DNA from: an uncultured Alphaproteobacteria bacterium
Lineage (GTDB): Bacteria; Pseudomonadota; Alphaproteobacteria; RF32; CAG-239
Reading direction: 5' to 3'
Assembly (NCBI GenBank): GCA_944391425.1
Contig: CALXTO010000006.1
Location: 68 to 64,067, forward strand
Length of the DNA stretch: 64,000 nt
Shown: in pieces, positions 9,657-22,611 of the stretch
Layout of the letters: the number at the start of each line of letters is the position of its first letter
Numbering within the stretch: the stretch's first letter is position 1
The notes under the pieces: model-generated
Databases searched by the model: none
Seen by the model: the letters and a program-made list of their open reading frames with translations, nothing else
Told to the model about the DNA's origin: nothing
Translations under genes and position numbers: made by a program

Positions 9657-10825
9657 TATTCAACCACCAGATTAGAAACCGGAACCAAAGCCAGGGGTTT
9701 GTTTATTTCCATTCCGCGGGCTTCTTCATAAGACAGTTGGGGCGAGAAAGAATCAATCCATTCCTTAACCGCCAAAACAGCAACCGGCTTAGGCTCAACA
9801 ACCACCAAAACCTGCCCTTTTAAAAAAGCAATGTCTTCGGCTTCTTGCAAAGCCGTTTTTATTGCTTTACGACTGAAATCTTCGTCGATAATAATGTCAG
9901 CCTTGCGCCGGGCCAGCCCGTTTACGTCCAGATTGGCAATGCCGTTGCCGCGGGTGGCATCAATCATCAGCAATCCCCTTTGCTGTAATTCAACCAACAG
10001 GGCAACAAGAATTTCTCTGTTGTCTTCATCTGCCACGCCGTCATTGATAACAACGCCGCCAATCGGCGCCCCGGTTGAAAGACTTTTGCGCAGCCTGGCT
10101 AAAGCCTCGTCTTTGCTGATAGTCAGACTCATGGACATCGGCCCGCTGTCCGATTTCAGAAAATCTTTAGAAGACAAAAGCAAATCCACATAGGTCTCGT
10201 GGCCGAACTGCCGGGCGGAAAGAATTTTGGTGCCGCTGTCGACGGTATAAGGCGTAAAAGAGAGAGAAACCTCCGAATTAAAACCTTTGCTGATTTGTTC
10301 GGCAGCTTCAGAATTAAAGCCGACTTCCTTAAAAACGACCGCAACTTTTTTAAAATTAGGCAAAATATCCACGGTTTTTCCGTATTCTGCCCACGGCTTT
10401 TTGCCGTCTTCGGATATTCTTGGCAAAACCATGTCATCTTTTGATTCTGTCAAATCTTCGTTAATAACGATATAATCAAGCGATTGCGTAGGTTCTTTGG
10501 TTCCCAGTTTGGACAGCATCGGCAGTTTGTCAATAATTTCTTCAATGGATAATTCCTTGGTTTCCACATCATTAACCGTCTGAGGGACGATAATATCCGT
10601 AGTTACCGGAGGTTTGGGCGGCCGCTTCTTTTTTTCCGGCTTGGACAATGTCAGCACAAACTTTGGTGCTTGATTTTCGGTGTCAAACATCAGCTGGTCG
10701 ATTTTGGAGGAATAAACTGGTTCGCTTTTTTTGCTGGCAAACCAAAACCCGGTACTTCCGACAACAGCCAGAACGACGATAAAAATAAGAATCAAAAACT
10801 TATATTGAAAAATGCGCTGCAGCAA
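9656..10825 (-). CDS. Divergent polysaccharide deacetylase (YibQ-like) family protein with N-terminal TM anchor
   Basis: 389 aa. One N-terminal TM helix and a C-terminal approximately 250-aa domain. It occupies the conserved ctpA-yibQ-rppH position seen in Alphaproteobacteria. The family call is from memory of this synteny and domain size. Confidence 0.65.
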   Translation of the reverse strand: MLQRIFQYKFLILIFIVVLAVVGSTGFWFASKKSEPVYSSKIDQLMFDTENQAPKFVLTLSKPEKKKRPPKPPVTTDIIVPQTVNDVETKELSIEEIIDKLPMLSKLGTKEPTQSLDYIVINEDLTESKDDMVLPRISEDGKKPWAEYGKTVDILPNFKKVAVVFKEVGFNSEAAEQISKGFNSEVSLSFTPYTVDSGTKILSARQFGHETYVDLLLSSKDFLKSDSGPMSMSLTISKDEALARLRKSLSTGAPIGGVVINDGVADEDNREILVALLVELQQRGLLMIDATRGNGIANLDVNGLARRKADIIIDEDFSRKAIKTALQEAEDIAFLKGQVLVVVEPKPVAVLAVKEWIDSFSPQLSYEEARGMEINKPLALVPVSNLVVE

Positions 10826-10834
10826 AGTTGTCTC

Positions 10835-12127
10835 CTATTTTGCGGAACTGTAAATGCCTAAGGCTTTTACCAGGTCAACGGCTCTGGACAGCTGATAATC
10901 CTTTTTCCAGTCATCTTTTTCTTCTTTTTCTTTTTTATTATCGTTTTTTTCTTCGTTATCGTTTTCATTTTTAAGGGCATTGCGGTATTCTGCCTCGCTG
11001 AACTCAAACGTTTTCTCCAGCTCTTCGACCTTGGCAGGATGAACTTCAACATCCGGTTCAATGCCTTTGGCCTGAATTGAACGTCCTGAAGGCGTATAGT
11101 AACGGGCCGTTGTCAGACGCATGGCACCATAGTCTCCCAAAGGAACGACTGTCTGCACGGATCCTTTGCCAAAAGATTTTTCACCCAACAGCACGGCACG
11201 CTTATGGTCTTGCAAAGCTCCGGCAACAATTTCAGAAGCCGAGGCAGAACCATCGTTAATCATAACCACGATTGGCATGCCGTTGATGATGTCGCCTTCT
11301 TTAGCGTTGTAACGAACGGTATCTTCTTCGTTACGCGAACGGGTTGATACGATTTCGCCCTGGTTTAAGAAAAGGTCGGCAACGCTGACAGCCTGATCCA
11401 AAAGTCCGCCCGGATTATTGCGGACGTCCAGAATAACGCCCTTAAAATTGTCTTTATATTGTTTTTGGGCTTTTTTAACAGCTTTTTCCACCATTTTGTC
11501 AGTGTCTTCGGTAAAAGAGGTAATGCGGACATAGGCAACATCGTCAATTTTAAGATCTGATTTTACCGATTGGATTTTAATTTCCTCGCGTTTGAGTGTC
11601 ACGTCAAAAGGTTTTTCATTAATACGTCGGATTGTCAGTTTGACCTTTGTGCCGACTTTCCCGCGCATTTTATCGACGGCATCGTTCAGACTCATGCCCA
11701 CAACATTTTCGCCATCAATGTTGGTAATATAGTCTCCGGGTTTCAAACCGGCGCGCGAAGCCGGGGTATCGTCAATCGGGGACACAATCTTGACCACCCC
11801 CTGTTCCATGGTGACCTCAATGCCCAGACCGCCGAATTTTCCCTTAGTTTGTTCATTCATATACTTAAAACTTTGGGCGTCCAGATAGCTGGAGTGCGGA
11901 TCAAGCGATACCAGCATACCGTTAATGGCCGCTTCAATCAGCTTTTTGTCGTCAACTTCCTCAACATATGAAGCCTTGGCCCGCTCCATTACTTCACCGA
12001 ATAGGTTAAGCATTTCATAAGTGTTTGTTTCTTCAGAGGGTTTGCTTTCTTTTTTGGCACAGGCGGAAGACGTAATCACCAGCAGGCTGAAAACAACAAA
12101 AGTTAAAAACGACAATTTTTTCGACAT
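10835..12127 (-). CDS. ctpA: Carboxy-terminal processing (S41) peptidase CtpA
   Basis: 430 aa. Signal peptide, PDZ region (GLKPGDYITNIDG), catalytic GSASASEI Ser motif and a downstream K in GEKSFGKG. Confidence 0.93.
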   Translation of the reverse strand: MSKKLSFLTFVVFSLLVITSSACAKKESKPSEETNTYEMLNLFGEVMERAKASYVEEVDDKKLIEAAINGMLVSLDPHSSYLDAQSFKYMNEQTKGKFGGLGIEVTMEQGVVKIVSPIDDTPASRAGLKPGDYITNIDGENVVGMSLNDAVDKMRGKVGTKVKLTIRRINEKPFDVTLKREEIKIQSVKSDLKIDDVAYVRITSFTEDTDKMVEKAVKKAQKQYKDNFKGVILDVRNNPGGLLDQAVSVADLFLNQGEIVSTRSRNEEDTVRYNAKEGDIINGMPIVVMINDGSASASEIVAGALQDHKRAVLLGEKSFGKGSVQTVVPLGDYGAMRLTTARYYTPSGRSIQAKGIEPDVEVHPAKVEELEKTFEFSEAEYRNALKNENDNEEKNDNKKEKEEKDDWKKDYQLSRAVDLVKALGIYSSAK

Positions 12128-12148
12128 CTCTTTTTCCTATTCCTAAAA

Positions 12149-13402
12149 TTAAATCTTCATCCACGCCATGGGGTTTACCGGCTGGTTGTCTTTTCTGATT
12201 TCAACATACAATTTGGCTTCGCCTTCCTCGGGCATTTGTCCGACGGGTTCTCCCGCCAGAAGCATCTGCCCCAGTTCCACGTCCATGCTGCTCAAACCGG
12301 CCAGCAGCGACAGATATCCGTCGCCGTGCTCAATAATAATCAGGTTGCCGTATCCCCGGAAAGGCTCGGCAAAAATCACCGACCCGTCGAAGGGAGCAAT
12401 AACTTGAGCCTGGTTACGGGTTTTAATGGTGATTCCTTTTGAGGAAACGCCTTTAACCATCTGTTCTCCGTAAGAAGTGACAATTTGCCCTCTGGCCGGC
12501 AGCGGAAGGTTACCTTTGGCTTTGGCAAAGCCTTTTCCTAAATTACTTATAACCGGCGGCGTCGATTTAATCAAGTCAGCAGTTTGTTTTTCTTCAACTT
12601 TTTGTTGGGCAAGACGTCTTTCTTCTTCGGCCTTCTGAGCCGCAGCGCGGCGTTCGGCTTCCCGCCGTTCCTTTTCCAGCCGCTGTTTTTCAAGTTTTCC
12701 GAGCAAATCTCTCAAATCCTGAGCTTGAGCAGCAAGCCGGTCCACGTTTCGCTTGGCTTTTTCGCTTTTAATTTCAACAGCGTTGCGGATTTTAGACTTT
12801 TTTTTCACCAGAAGTTTCATCTGCTCATGTTCGGCTTCCAAAACCTTTTTTTGCTTGCTGATTTGAGTATATTGTTTTTCAACCAGTTCTTTCTTGCGGG
12901 CAATTTGTTCCAGTTCTTTGCGGATTCTCTCCGCATTTTCTTCAAGATAGGGAACTGTTTCGCGCAAAAGCATGGCGCTGCGGATAATTTCGACCGGTGT
13001 CAACGGCTGCACCACCAAGGCTTCGGTTGGCTTCAACGCTAAACTCTGCAGCGCGGACAAAGTCTTGATCAGGTTGTCATCTTCTTGAGAAAAGCCTTCC
13101 TCTGCCGTTTTCAGATCACTTTTTAATTTTTGCAGTTGGTTTTCCATGCGGGAAAGTTTTTCTTCGCTGTTTTGAATCTGCTTGGCGGCTTTTACCATTT
13201 CTTTGCTGACGGAAGACAGTTCCAGGTTAATTTGTGTTGCCTGCGCCTGGAGTTTTTTGTGCTCCATTGCCTGCTGCTGGACTTTTTCTTCCATTTTTTT
13301 CAAGTCATTTTGGGAAACTGTTTTTGCCCATGCCTCACTCTGCGCCGCCGTTAAGGCGACGGTGCAGAAAAAGATGGTTTTAAAAACAGTTTCCCAAGTC
13401 AT
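12149..13402 (-). CDS. Murein hydrolase activator EnvC-like protein (coiled coil + degenerate LytM/M23 domain)
   Basis: 417 aa. Signal peptide, a long coiled coil and a C-terminal M23 fold. The metal-ligand histidines are replaced: IIEHGDGYLSLLAGL instead of ...YAHL, and LYVEIRK instead of LHFEIR. Confidence 0.85.
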   Translation of the reverse strand: MTWETVFKTIFFCTVALTAAQSEAWAKTVSQNDLKKMEEKVQQQAMEHKKLQAQATQINLELSSVSKEMVKAAKQIQNSEEKLSRMENQLQKLKSDLKTAEEGFSQEDDNLIKTLSALQSLALKPTEALVVQPLTPVEIIRSAMLLRETVPYLEENAERIRKELEQIARKKELVEKQYTQISKQKKVLEAEHEQMKLLVKKKSKIRNAVEIKSEKAKRNVDRLAAQAQDLRDLLGKLEKQRLEKERREAERRAAAQKAEEERRLAQQKVEEKQTADLIKSTPPVISNLGKGFAKAKGNLPLPARGQIVTSYGEQMVKGVSSKGITIKTRNQAQVIAPFDGSVIFAEPFRGYGNLIIIEHGDGYLSLLAGLSSMDVELGQMLLAGEPVGQMPEEGEAKLYVEIRKDNQPVNPMAWMKI

Positions 13403-14938
13403 TTATTTTTTTACCAGCAGGGAATTTCCGGTCATTTCGGCAGGTTTTTCAATATGCATCAAATCCAACATGGTTGGTGCAATATCCGCCAGACGTCCGT
13501 CTTTCAGGCGACAGATGTGTTCTTGGCAATTGACCAGTATGGCAGCGACTTTGCCGACGGTATGCGCCGTATAAGGCTGTCCGGTTTTTTCGTCAACCAT
13601 TTTTTCGGCGTTGCCATGGTCGGCAGTTACAATCATCACGCCGCCGGCATCTTTAATGGCTTTTTCCACTTTGCCGAGACACTCGTCAACCGCGGCAACA
13701 GCTTTCAGTGCGGCTTCCATAATTCCGGTATGTCCGACCATGTCGCCGTTGGCAAAATTGCAAATTATGACATCAAACCGTTTGTCTTCGATTGCTTTGA
13801 CCAGCTGTTCGGTTACTTCGTAAACGCTCATTTCCGGTTTAAGGTCGTAAGTTGCCACTTTGGGACTGGCAATCAGAATTCTTTCCTCGCCTTTAAACTC
13901 TTTTTCCTCTCCGCCGTTAAAGAAAAACGTAACATGAGCATATTTTTCGGTTTCGGCAATGCGCAACTGAGTCAGACCGTGATTGGCCACGACTTCGCCC
14001 AAAATATTGGTCAGGACTTCCGGCGGAAACATCGTATGCATAAAACGGTTATGGTCGACGGAATATTCCGTCATGCCGACACTATCGGAAAGCTGTAAAA
14101 CCTTTTTGCGTTCAAAGCCCGTAAATTCGGCATCCGCCAGTGCATATAAAATTTCGCGGGCACGGTCGGCGCGGAAGTTCGCCATCAAAACGGCGTCGCC
14201 GTCTTCGATTCCCTGATAATCTCCGACAATGCAGGGAATAACAAATTCATCGGTGACTTTTTCGGCGTAAGATGCCCGAATTGCTTCGTCAGCGCTGGCA
14301 AATCGTTTGCCTTCGGCAAAAGCGATGGCATTATATGCCGCTTCCACACGATCCCAGCGTTTATCACGGTCCATTGCATAAAAGCGACCTTCGATGGTAG
14401 CGATTTTAACATCGACCATATTAACAACGGCTTTTTCAAAATCAGCTAAATATCCGGCAGCCGACGACGGCGGTGTATCACGGCCGTCCAAAAAGGCATG
14501 AACGTGAACTTTGATTCCGTTGTCGCTTAAAATTTTGCATAAGGCAACGATATGTTCCTGTGAGGAATGTACGCCGCCGGGAGACATCAGTCCCATTACA
14601 TGGGCGGCATGTCCGTTGGCTTTCAACGTTTCAATCATTTTCAACAAAACAGGGTTTCGAGCCAAGGAGCCGTCTTTGATGGCAAGATCGATTTTCGGCA
14701 GATCCTGCATGACAACGCGACCGGCGCCCAAATTGGTATGTCCGACTTCCGAGTTGCCCATTTGTCCTTCGGGTAAACCCACAGCCAGGCCGTAAGTTTC
14801 AATCAGGCAGTGCGGATTATCTTCATACATGCGGTGCCAGTTGGGCGTATGTCCCGTTTCAATGGCATTGTCCGGCGTTCTGGGCTCGCGATAGCCCCAG
14901 CCGTCTAAAATCATCAGCAATACAGGTTTTTGTTTCAT
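13403..14938 (-). CDS. gpmI: 2,3-bisphosphoglycerate-independent phosphoglycerate mutase
   Basis: 511 aa. LMILDGWG N-terminus, MGNSEVGHTNLGAGR and ADHGNAE motifs. Confidence 0.96.
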   Translation of the reverse strand: MKQKPVLLMILDGWGYREPRTPDNAIETGHTPNWHRMYEDNPHCLIETYGLAVGLPEGQMGNSEVGHTNLGAGRVVMQDLPKIDLAIKDGSLARNPVLLKMIETLKANGHAAHVMGLMSPGGVHSSQEHIVALCKILSDNGIKVHVHAFLDGRDTPPSSAAGYLADFEKAVVNMVDVKIATIEGRFYAMDRDKRWDRVEAAYNAIAFAEGKRFASADEAIRASYAEKVTDEFVIPCIVGDYQGIEDGDAVLMANFRADRAREILYALADAEFTGFERKKVLQLSDSVGMTEYSVDHNRFMHTMFPPEVLTNILGEVVANHGLTQLRIAETEKYAHVTFFFNGGEEKEFKGEERILIASPKVATYDLKPEMSVYEVTEQLVKAIEDKRFDVIICNFANGDMVGHTGIMEAALKAVAAVDECLGKVEKAIKDAGGVMIVTADHGNAEKMVDEKTGQPYTAHTVGKVAAILVNCQEHICRLKDGRLADIAPTMLDLMHIEKPAEMTGNSLLVKK

Positions 14939-15007
14939 TGTTTTTTCCTCATCAGATCCATAAAAAGCTTTTACGTATTATATATAATTATTTGTAACAT
15001 AAAAGCA

Positions 15008-16828
15008 CTATTTTTGAATTATTTTCCGCCAGATTTCCGCCGGCAGATTAGCGCCCGAAACTCCTTTCATCGGACTGTCGTCATCGTTACCCAGCCACAC
15101 GGCGCAGATCAGGTCGTCGTCAAAGCCCACAAACCAGGCGTCGCGGTTGTCTTGAGATGTTCCGGTCTTGCCGGCGGCAAAACCGCTGACGGCTGCCTTC
15201 TTTCCGGTTCCGGAACGAATAACCTGTTCCAACATAAAAGTCAGGTTATTGACGGCACCGCTGTCCAATATCTTCATTTCGCTGTCGCTGCCGCGCTGGT
15301 AAAGCTGATAACCTTCCCGGTTGTAAATTTCTCTGACGGCATACGGCCATACGGCATATCCGCCGTTGGCAATCGCCGTGTAAGCGGTGGCCAGGTCAAT
15401 GACTTTCACCTCAAAAGTTCCCAAAGACAGGGAAGGGGTGTTTTGCATCGGCGTCGTAATACCCATTCTTTTGGCATTGCGGATAATTTCCGCACGAGGC
15501 AGCTGTTCTGCCAGATTGATTGTTGCCAGGTTGAGCGATTTGGCCAGGGCTTGGGTCAGGGTTACCTCGCCGTAATATTTTTTATCGGCGTTTTCCGGCT
15601 TCCAGCCTTTTACCGACAGCGGTACATCCATAATCTTGTCATCGGGTTTCCAGCCTTCCTGCAAAGCCGTCAGATATACAAAAGGCTTAAAAGCAGATCC
15701 GGGCTGTCGCAGAGCTTGGGTGGCCCGGTTAAATTGGCTTTGATTATAGTTGACACCGCCGCTCATTGCTTTGATGCCGCCGCTCTTATCCAAAATGACC
15801 ACCGCGCCTTGCGTAACATTGCGATGTTTGTTGTCGGCAATAGTCTGGCGCAGGATTTTGGCTGTTTTTTCCTGCAATTCCTGGTCCAGTGTCGTCAGGG
15901 CATAAATGTCATTGTCTCGCTCGCCCAAAAGATCGTTGATTTCGTTATAAGTCCAGTCGGCAAAATAACCGGCATCTTGCACCCGGCCGTTTTTTTCTCT
16001 TCCCAGCGGCATTTTAAGAATTTTCCGGCGCATGGCTTCATTGATGAATTTGTTTTCCTGCATTACTTTCAGGACAACGGCAGCCCTGTCCAGAGCTCGT
16101 TCCTTGGAAGCAATCGGATTGTAACGTGAGGGCGCTTTAAGCATTCCGGCAATAACCGCCGCCTCCAGCATATTCAAATCCCGCGAGGATTTTTGAAAAT
16201 ATTTCTGGCTGGCGGCTTCAATGCCGTAAGTTCCGGAGCCGAGGTAAACGCGGTTCAGATAAAGCGTCAAGATCTGCTCCTTGCTAAACTTGTATTCCAG
16301 CCAAAAGGCCAATAAGAGCTCCTGTACTTTGCGTTTAAGGTTTTTTTGGGAGGTTAAAAACAGATTTTTGGCTACCTGCTGGGTAATGGTGCTGCCGCCT
16401 TGGACGTAACGCCCGGCCACGGCATTGGCAATCATGGCGCGGGTAAAGGAAATGGCGTCAAACCCGAAATGCTGGTAAAAGCGGCGGTCTTCGGTTGCGA
16501 TAATGGCGTCAACAACAAATTGCGGCAGTTCTTCAGTGCGGACAACTTCGGAATAAACCGTTCCGTAACTGCGGATTTCATTGCCGTTTTCGGCAATGAT
16601 GGTGGTGGAGGGCTGCCGCGTGCGATTGATTGCCGCGGTCATGTCCGGCAGCGTAAGCAGGCAGTATGCCGGATAAATTAATAAAGTTATCACCAGCAGA
16701 ACAAAAATTTTTAAGAGTTTCAACCGATTCTTAAAACGTTGTTTTGACTCTCTTTTTTTTGTCTTTCTTTTCTTTTTTTGAGCTTTTGCCACGATTCTCG
16801 GCCTTTTCTTTCTTGTCACGATTCGCAA
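15008..16828 (-). CDS. PBP1A-family bifunctional peptidoglycan glycosyltransferase/transpeptidase
   Basis: 606 aa. Basic N-terminus plus a TM helix. GT51 motifs EDRRFYQHFGFD and GGSTITQQVAKN. Transpeptidase motifs SAFKP (SxxK), SLN and KTGTS. Confidence 0.93.
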   Translation of the reverse strand: MRIVTRKKRPRIVAKAQKKKRKTKKRESKQRFKNRLKLLKIFVLLVITLLIYPAYCLLTLPDMTAAINRTRQPSTTIIAENGNEIRSYGTVYSEVVRTEELPQFVVDAIIATEDRRFYQHFGFDAISFTRAMIANAVAGRYVQGGSTITQQVAKNLFLTSQKNLKRKVQELLLAFWLEYKFSKEQILTLYLNRVYLGSGTYGIEAASQKYFQKSSRDLNMLEAAVIAGMLKAPSRYNPIASKERALDRAAVVLKVMQENKFINEAMRRKILKMPLGREKNGRVQDAGYFADWTYNEINDLLGERDNDIYALTTLDQELQEKTAKILRQTIADNKHRNVTQGAVVILDKSGGIKAMSGGVNYNQSQFNRATQALRQPGSAFKPFVYLTALQEGWKPDDKIMDVPLSVKGWKPENADKKYYGEVTLTQALAKSLNLATINLAEQLPRAEIIRNAKRMGITTPMQNTPSLSLGTFEVKVIDLATAYTAIANGGYAVWPYAVREIYNREGYQLYQRGSDSEMKILDSGAVNNLTFMLEQVIRSGTGKKAAVSGFAAGKTGTSQDNRDAWFVGFDDDLICAVWLGNDDDSPMKGVSGANLPAEIWRKIIQK

Positions 16829-16880
16829 AATGTACTAAAACTGTTCCTAGCAGTAACACAAATAGGTTAAGGAAGATTTT

Positions 16881-17081
16881 ATGCGCAAGATTTCTGTTTT
16901 GCTTTCTGACGATTTACAGAAAAAAATATCTCAAATTGCGGCCAAAAGCGGCAAAAGCCTTGACGAATGTGTTGCTTTGGCGCTTCGTGACTATGTTGAA
17001 AACTACGAAGACGTGTATAAAACAGACCTCTGCGCGGTCGACAATCTTGAGCGTAGTTTCTTTTTATCTATTGGCGAATAG
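16881..17081 (+). CDS. Ribbon-helix-helix (CopG/antitoxin-like) small protein
   Basis: 66 aa with an AAGGAAG SD 5 nt upstream. The N-terminal beta-strand/helix pattern KISVLLSDDLQKKISQIAAKSGKSLDECVALALRDYV is typical of RHH DNA-binding folds. No adjacent toxin ORF. Confidence 0.6.
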   Translation: MRKISVLLSDDLQKKISQIAAKSGKSLDECVALALRDYVENYEDVYKTDLCAVDNLERSFFLSIGE

Positions 17082-17154
17082 TTTTTTATCTTTTATATTC
17101 AAACTGCGCCGTTTTACGGCGTCTGAGTAATCTGCCGGAAAAGGGAGTTGTTTC

Positions 17155-19905
17155 ATGCCGCAGAAAGTTTGCCTTATTGATGGCTCTGGCTATATTTTTC
17201 GCGCCTTTTACGGGCTTCCGCCGCTGACAGCGCCGGACGGCACGCCGGTTAATGCTGTTTACGGTTTTACCAATATGTTTTTAAAACTGACGACAAAAAT
17301 CGGCTGTGACTATTGTCTGGTTTTGTTTGATGCCAAACGGCAGAATTACCGTAACGACATTTATCCGGATTATAAAGGAACCCGCAAGGAAACGCCTGAA
17401 GACCTGATACCTCAGTTTCCCATTATCCGTGAGGCGGTGGAGGCGCTTAACCTGAATTATCTGGAAATGGAAGGCTATGAAGCAGATGACCTGATAGCTA
17501 CCTATGCGGCCCGGGCTCTGGCCGAAGGCATGGAAGTGGTGGTTGTTTCCGGTGACAAGGATTTGATGCAGCTGATCCGCCCGGGAGTAGAGTTTTATGA
17601 TCCCATGAAAGACAAGTTTTTTACGCCGGAAGACGTTTTGGAAAAATTCGGCGTCTATCCGGATAAGGTCGTTGACGTTCAGGCGCTTTCCGGTGACAGT
17701 ATTGATAATGTGCCCGGCGTTCCGGGTATCGGCCCTAAAACCGCCGCCCAGCTTATCAATGAATATGGCTCTCTGGAGGGCGTATTACAGCATGCCGGCG
17801 AAATCAAACAGGAAAAACGGCGCCAGACGTTGTTGGATAATCAGGAAAATGCCCGCATCTCCCTGCAATTGGTTACGTTGAAAAGCGACGTTCCGGTCGA
17901 ACACGCCTTGCAGGAGTATCATTGCCGTCCGCCCCAGGCAGAACGTTTGCAAAAGTTTGTTGCCGATTATGGTTTTAACTCTTTGAAGCCCCGCTTGGAA
18001 AAATGGATTTCTGAACGGTGTTCAGAGCTTTCTGAAAGAGGGGTGAACGATGTATTTAAATTGCCGGAAAAACATTATGAGCTGGTTCAAACGGAAGCAG
18101 CGCTTAAAAAATGGGTCGGCCTTATTTCCCGTAACCGCCGTTTTGCTTTTGCGGTTGCTGCCGGTGGAGATAATCCTTTCTTTGATGGGATATTTGGTGT
18201 CTCCGTAGCCGTAGCGCCGGGGCAGGCCTGTTACATTCCCTTAAATCACGGGCAATCCTCTGAAAACATGGACCTTTTTGCCGCGCGCAAAAAAGCCGAA
18301 CAGGTTTCTTCCGAGCTTTTCAGTCGTTATTTCAAACCTTTATTTGCTTCGAAATCAATTTTAAAAATTGCCTGCGGCATCAAAACAGCCATGCACTTTC
18401 TGTCACCGCTCCTACAAAGCAATGCGGATTTTTCGGCATTGGAGGATATTGCCGTTTTGTCTTATGATTTGGATAGCTCGGAACACGGGCATTCTCTGGA
18501 GGAGCTGAGCCGCTTGTTTTTGGAGCAATCTCTTTCCGGATTGGAAGAACTTTTGGGCAGCGGTAAAAATAGAATTTCTTTTGGCGAGCTGGAAATAAAC
18601 GCAGCTTTGGAATATATGGCAAGCCGCGCCGACAACACGCTGCGCTTATACGACATCCTCAAATCTCGTCTTCTGACGGAGCGGAAAGTTGCCGTTTATG
18701 AAAATTTTGACCGCCCGTTGATCGGAACGCTTTATGCCATGGAAAGCAGGGGCGTTGCGGTAAATGCGGCGGCGCTTAAAGAGCTGAGCGCCTATTTTGA
18801 CGCCCGCATTCATGAAATTGAACGACAGATTTACCTTTTAGCCGGCGAGGAATTTAATATCGGTTCACCCAAACAGATTGGCGAAATTCTTTTTGACAGG
18901 CAGGGTCATAAGGGCAAAAAAACGCCGACCGGCGCTTGGCAGACGGGAGCCGATGTTATGGAAGATTTGGCCGGACAAGGTGTCGAGCTGGCTGCCAAAA
19001 TTCTTGATTGGCGAGAATTCAGCAAACTGAAATCCACTTATACGGATTCTCTGTTTGCGCTTTTGGACCGGAACAGCCGTATCCATACCACCTATTTGCA
19101 AACAGTTGCCAATACCGGACGCTTGTCATCTATTGCACCGAATTTACAAAACATTCCCATTCGCAGCGAGGAGGGCAAAAAAATTCGCAGTTGCTTTGTT
19201 GCTCGTCCCGGACATAAACTGATTTCTGCCGATTACTCTCAGGTTGAGCTACGTCTTTTGGCGGCTGTTGCCGACGTCAAAAACCTTAAAAAGGCATTTG
19301 CCCAGGGTATTGATGTCCATACGGCAACAGCATCCCATGTTTTTGGGGTAGCGCCGGATCAGGTTGATGCTAATCTGCGCCGCCATGCCAAAGCGATTAA
19401 CTTTGGTATTGTCTACGGTATTTCGCCTTACGGATTGGCTAAAAACATCGGTGTTGAGACGGCTGATGCCAAGCAGTATATTGACGCATATTTTCGCCAG
19501 ATGCCGGAAATCAAACAATATATGGAAGATACAGTTTCCTTTGCCCGTAAACACGGCTATGTTTTAACGCCGTTCGGACGCAAATGTTCGGTTTTGGGCA
19601 TTAATGACAAGAATAAACGCTTGGCGGCCAATGCCGAGCGCGCAGCCATTAACGCGCCGATTCAAGGTGGTGCGGCCGATATTATCAAACTGGCCATGAA
19701 TAAAATTGAAAACCTTTTGAGCAGCGGAGGGTACCAAACCGAAATGCTGCTTCAGGTCCATGACGAATTAGTTTTTGAAGCGCCGGAAAACGAGGTCGAA
19801 AAAGTTTCCGCTCTTGTTCGGGAGACAATGGAAAATATCGTTGCCTATGATGTTCCGTTTAATGTCGAAGTCGGGGTTGGAGACAACTGGACGCAAGCTC
19901 ATTGA
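17155..19905 (+). CDS. polA: DNA polymerase I
   Basis: 916 aa. 5' nuclease domain (DGSGYIFRAFY), and polymerase motifs A (DYSQVELRLLA), B (RRHAKAINFGIVYG) and C (QVHDELVFE). Confidence 0.97.
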   Translation: MPQKVCLIDGSGYIFRAFYGLPPLTAPDGTPVNAVYGFTNMFLKLTTKIGCDYCLVLFDAKRQNYRNDIYPDYKGTRKETPEDLIPQFPIIREAVEALNLNYLEMEGYEADDLIATYAARALAEGMEVVVVSGDKDLMQLIRPGVEFYDPMKDKFFTPEDVLEKFGVYPDKVVDVQALSGDSIDNVPGVPGIGPKTAAQLINEYGSLEGVLQHAGEIKQEKRRQTLLDNQENARISLQLVTLKSDVPVEHALQEYHCRPPQAERLQKFVADYGFNSLKPRLEKWISERCSELSERGVNDVFKLPEKHYELVQTEAALKKWVGLISRNRRFAFAVAAGGDNPFFDGIFGVSVAVAPGQACYIPLNHGQSSENMDLFAARKKAEQVSSELFSRYFKPLFASKSILKIACGIKTAMHFLSPLLQSNADFSALEDIAVLSYDLDSSEHGHSLEELSRLFLEQSLSGLEELLGSGKNRISFGELEINAALEYMASRADNTLRLYDILKSRLLTERKVAVYENFDRPLIGTLYAMESRGVAVNAAALKELSAYFDARIHEIERQIYLLAGEEFNIGSPKQIGEILFDRQGHKGKKTPTGAWQTGADVMEDLAGQGVELAAKILDWREFSKLKSTYTDSLFALLDRNSRIHTTYLQTVANTGRLSSIAPNLQNIPIRSEEGKKIRSCFVARPGHKLISADYSQVELRLLAAVADVKNLKKAFAQGIDVHTATASHVFGVAPDQVDANLRRHAKAINFGIVYGISPYGLAKNIGVETADAKQYIDAYFRQMPEIKQYMEDTVSFARKHGYVLTPFGRKCSVLGINDKNKRLAANAERAAINAPIQGGAADIIKLAMNKIENLLSSGGYQTEMLLQVHDELVFEAPENEVEKVSALVRETMENIVAYDVPFNVEVGVGDNWTQAH

Positions 19906-20006
19906 TTTATGCACAAAAGCCTTGAAAACTTTGATTTTTTGCTTGGGAAATCAAACAATTTGGTGTATCTTTTTTATAGTTTTTTCAAGATAAAATAAGG
20001 ATGTAA

Positions 20007-22454
<2,448 letters not shown>

Positions 22455-22457
22455 TAA

Positions 22458-22485
22458 AAGCCCCTCAATAGAGGGGCTTTTTTTA
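22458..22485 (+). terminator. Rho-independent terminator of gyrB
   Basis: Perfect GC-rich hairpin AAGCCCCTC-AATA-GAGGGGCTT followed by a T7 run, 4 nt after the gyrB stop. Confidence 0.9.
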
Positions 22486-22611
22486 GCTGCCGGAAATGCA
22501 TCTGGCAGCTTTCAGATCATAAGCCGGATGATGAAAAAGCAAAAAAAGGATTTATATTGACTAATCATCGGATTCTTCTAAACTAAGGCATATTAATTTA
22601 AGGATTGAGCT

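Noticed and set aside
14930-16129. 399-aa ORF on the plus strand
   Set aside because: It is entirely antisense to the well-supported PBP1A gene. Its composition is skewed (rich in F, R, G, Q) with no motifs, which is typical of a shadow ORF opposite a real gene.
22485-22511. Second hairpin (AGCTGCC-N12-GGCAGCT) right after the gyrB terminator
   Set aside because: The 7-bp stem has a large loop and no T-run. It is probably incidental or a minor accessory to the strong terminator just upstream, and is not enough to call a feature.
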